64,000 bases of DNA from the human T2T-CHM13v2.0 reference genome, Homo sapiens, in the NCBI RefSeq assembly GCF_009914755.1, contig NC_060931.1; one strand, given 5' to 3'. This document shows, in pieces, positions 56,775-64,000 of this stretch (its first letter is position 1; the number at the start of each line of letters is the position of its first letter). A program made the position numbers and the translations under genes. The notes below the pieces were generated by a model. The model did not search any database, had not been told where the DNA came from, and saw only the letters and a program-made list of their open reading frames with translations.

Positions 56775-57250
56775 GCCTCCCCAGAGGGTGGCCCGCCATC
56801 AGCTGCATCAGATTTGCTGGGGATACTTAAAAATATAAGTAACTGAGGCCAGGCTCAGCGGTTCACACCTGTAATCCCAGCACTTTGAAAGGCCAAGGTA
56901 GGAGGATCTTGGAAGGCCAGGCTGAGCAACACAGTGAGACCTCATCTCTACTAAAATTCAAAAAAATTAGCCAGGCATGGTGGCACATGCCTGTAGTCCC
57001 AGCTACTTGTGGGGCTGAGGTGGGAGGATTACTTGAGCCCAGGAAGTTGAGGCTGTAGTGAGCCCTGATCATGCCACTGTACTCCAGCCTGGGTGACACA
57101 GTGAGACCTTATCTTTAAGGTGGAGGTGGGGAGGAAAGTAGGTAACTGATCCCATCTACACAATCGGCATCTGTGAGTGGAATCCAAGGATCTGTGATCA
57201 AGTTACCCTAGTAATTCTGAGAAGCACTAAAGTTTGAGAACTACCTTTCA
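56775..57250 (+). mobile_element. MER5-like element split by an Alu (56846-57118)
   Basis: ctgcatcagatttgctggggatacttaaaa...aattctgagaagcactaaagtttgagaactac. Confidence 0.5.
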
Positions 57251-57778
57251 GGAAAGTGACTAATTAGCTCATGAAAGTGACACCAAACCCTACTGTCTAC
57301 TTGGAGCAGCTCACACCACCCTAAACCGAGGCAAATATCCTAGGAGCTGGCACAAAGCTTCCCAGATTCGAAACCTCCCCAATCTAAACCTGTTAAGGAA
57401 AGCAGAGCATCTCGATTGCACAGAAATTGATACAACAATACTTTCCAAAGTTAAATTATTGAGAAGTATCCATTGGAATAGCGTTTCACCTTGACCGTTA
57501 TTGATCATCATGATAATATTAGCTCACATTTACCGAGTGCTTACTGTATGTCAAACATTGGGTTAATTGCTTTACATTTATTCATCTCATTTCATCCTTA
57601 GAGCAAAACTCTGTAGTAGGTGCTATTCTTTATCTCCACTTTAGAAAGGAGGGTAGCAGGCTGGGCACGGTGGCTCACACCTGTAATCCCAGCACTTTGG
57701 GAGGCGAGGCGGGCCGATCACCTGAGGTCAGGAGTTTGAGACCAGCCTGGCCAACATCGCGAAACCCCGTCTCTACTA

Positions 57779-58147
<369 letters not shown>

Positions 58148-58836
58148 TTACAAGGAGTTAAGAATCCAGGTGGGCTACAGGAGGCTAAACAGAGCAGGGC
58201 ATTACGGCCCCAGGAGACCTGGTCCCAGCTGGGTTCTTTCCTAAACCACAAACCCACCAACAGCAGCATAGCCTCTGGGATAAATACCCACAAATGCCCA
58301 GGGAAAATGTTCCAGGTGGTCAAGAACTCAATTCCTAATGAAAGCTTGGAAAATGAACTAAGCCTCAGTTCAGTCATCCAGAAATAGGGTTAATGTTTTA
58401 CTACTGGCAGGGTGCAGTGGCTCACACCTGTAATCCCAACACTTTGGAAGGACAAGGCAGGAGGATGGCCTAAACCCAGAAGTTGGAGGCCAGCCTGAGC
58501 AACATAGTGAGACTCCATCTCTAAAAATAAATAAATAAATAGTCAGGCATGGTGGTGCATGCCTGTAGTCCCAGCTACTGGGGAGGCTCAGGTGGGAGGA
58601 TCCCTTGGACCTGGGGGGATTGAGGCTGCAGTGAGCCATGACTGTACCCCAGCCTGGGCGACAGAGCGAGACCCTGTCTCTGGAAAAAGAAAAAAAAAAT
58701 GACAACTTTTTTCATCTCTAGGTTCTTTTCTGAAAATGATGAAATAAGTATTAAGGAATTTTGAAAAGTAAAAGCACCAGACAAAAGGCATCCCCATTTT
58801 TCTTTAAGACAGGTGGGGATTAGCTTGGTTTCTCAG

Positions 58837-58868
<32 letters not shown>

Positions 58869-59422
58869 GTGAAAAAGACAGGTGGGGAAAACATTCCCAA
58901 GATAGTTTTAAAAAATTCATGATAGCAAAATCCCTGTGTTAAATTGTGGGAAATACCTGATAAAGTCTGCTCAGCCCATCCCAACTCCCGCTCTCTGTCA
59001 TTTCACCTCTGCCAGCTGCATTTATGTATAACCCTGACTGTGGGCCACAACTGAGTTAGCTCAAGCATGGACAACTGGACCAATGGGGGTCTCTATCTCG
59101 GGATTCAGAGAGAGCTAATCAGTGTCTTCCAGAGGCCAGAGCGAAGGGTTTGTGTTCGGGATTTGTGGAGCTGCCACATGCACAGGCAAGCACAGCACCC
59201 TGGTTCTCAGGGAGGAGGAAAGCCTGCATGCTCAGGTGGAAATGAGTGACCACAGGCACCAGACAGAGAAAGAGGACAGAGCCTGGGCCCCTGTCAGTGC
59301 CCCCACTCCCAGACTGGGCTCGGCCTCATTCCTGCCTTTTTTTGCTACAGCCAGGTCATGTGGATTTCTGTTTTTTTTTTCTTTTTTGTTTTTTTTCTGT
59401 TTTGTTTTTTTTTTTTTTTTGA

Positions 59423-59524
<102 letters not shown>

Positions 59525-60327
59525 TGAGTAGCTGGGACTACAGGAGAGCACCACCATGCCCAGCTCATTTTTGTATTTTTAGTAGAGATGGGGTTTCACC
59601 ATGCTGCCCAGCCTGGTCTCAAACTCCTTACCTCAGGTGATCCACCCACCTCAGCCTCCCAAAGTGCTGAGATTATAGGCATGAGCTACCGCACCCCAGT
59701 CTGGATTTCTGTTTCTTTGCAGCCAAAAAAAAAAAAAAAAAAAAAGACTGACAAGTGCAAAGCAGCAAGCTCCATAGCCCTCTGAGGAACCACGACCCCC
59801 AGGGTCGCCATACCTGCCTCTGTTGTTTCTCCTGAAACAAGCCTCCATCCACGGCTCCAAGTCACCCTGGATTTTATCCCAGCCTAAGCCTGGCTCACCT
59901 GTGCCCCACACCACCTCCCTGCCCCTCAGCTGAACCTGCCCTTACTCTCGGGCTCTGTTTTACAGTTGCCACCTGGACAACTGACCAGACAACAATTCTA
60001 ACTCAGGGTTAGTGCCCACTGTCATTCAACTGCCCAAGCTTCTCGTGTTAACCATTGTTTTCCATCTTCCCCCAGTAATACCCATTTTAAAATGGAGCAA
60101 ACCCTGAACGCAATGCAATGCCTACTACCGACTGGAAGGCTGAAAGCCTGGTAGCAGATTTAGCCTCTCTCTCTACCTAAATCCACCAAACAGCAGGGAA
60201 ACGGCACCTCCAGAAAACTCATGAAGTCAACAGAAATCCTCCGTTCTGCCTTTAATCTGAAGGTCCCTGGGTTCCTCTTACCCCCTCTCTCAGACTCTCT
60301 CTCTCCCTGCAGGGTCCTTGGCTGTAC

Positions 60328-60417
60328 CTGGGATATAAATGGTGCCACCATTGCACCAATGCGACACAGGGAGCCGCTGGTTCCCATCCCCAAAGCGCGC
60401 ATCGTGGTGGGGTAGAC
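60328..60417 (-). CDS. SVOPL: SVOPL antepenultimate coding exon (90 bp, VYPTTMRALGMGTSGSLCRIGAMVAPFISQ)
   Basis: ctgcag|GTC and CAG|gtacag; sugar-transporter/SLC22 motif ExYPTxxR...RIG...P. Followed by a ~26-kb intron. Confidence 0.93.
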
Positions 60418-60874
60418 CTGCAGGGAGAGGCACGGAAAGTACCAGTCAGATAATGTCCGTCCTTCCCCGAGCCCTCCTCTTCCCCTTCCTCCCCAGGTCA
60501 GGTTTTGGAATGCATAGAGCACCAAACACAGTTACAGAATATGGAATAGAAGGTGTTGATTTTCTCAGGTACACAACTTTGAATTTTTGGGACAATATCA
60601 GCGAAAAATAAACACTTCAAAATTATCCTTTAAATGAGCAAATTCCAAAAATGTGCTTCACTGAAGATTCCAAATATAATTTTAGAAAGACAAGCTCTGG
60701 AATCAGAGAGAAGAGTGCCACTTCAGAACTATAAATATATAAAAGTGATTCTACTGAACGGGAAGAAAATACTCCCCAGAGATCTGATGAAGTCTTCAAT
60801 ACAAATACAGCTAAGAGAACTAACTAGAGGGCCAGGTACTTGCCACACCATTCCCTGTGTTCTTATTTTTACTT

Positions 60875-64000
<3,126 letters not shown>

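Noticed and set aside
58821-58841. Micro-insert shares TAGCTT...GATGTT ends with miR-21-5p
   Set aside because: The middle 8-9 nt are unrelated and differ in length; likely chance.

Overview
Primate genomic DNA, almost certainly human (chr7q33-34 by recall). The TRIM24 peptide matches the human protein as I remember it, and there is an SVA with E/F-type SINE-R features. The + strand carries the last ten coding exons of TRIM24/TIF1-alpha (exons 10-19, encoding PxVxL, SUMO sites, LxxLL, PHD and bromodomain; stop at 22631-22633) and a 3'UTR with alternative poly(A) signals out to ~27.7 kb. The - strand carries the last three coding exons of SVOPL (MFS transporter, SLC22-like), convergent with TRIM24 across a ~4.3-kb transposon-filled gap. 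The rest is mostly interspersed repeat: an antisense class I ERV (LTR, PBS-Pro, gag, pro, RT) upstream of exon 10, about 50 Alu pieces, a near full-length Tigger1, L1/L2/MIR fragments, solo LTRs, a young SVA and a ~510-bp TATC/TATG array. I see no evidence of a new multi-gene biological system. The most unusual items are retrotransposition oddities: an SVA with ~95 bp of foreign L1MA-like 5' sequence inserted into a 10-bp-stem palindrome, a 22-nt poly(A)-tailed micro-insertion with a 14-bp TSD, and a candidate mRNA-3'UTR retrocopy. There is also a p53 half-site cluster in a MER61-like LTR and a candidate in-frame alternative SVOPL last exon. Repeat subfamily names come from recall of consensus sequences and were not checked by search; repeat boundaries are approximate.
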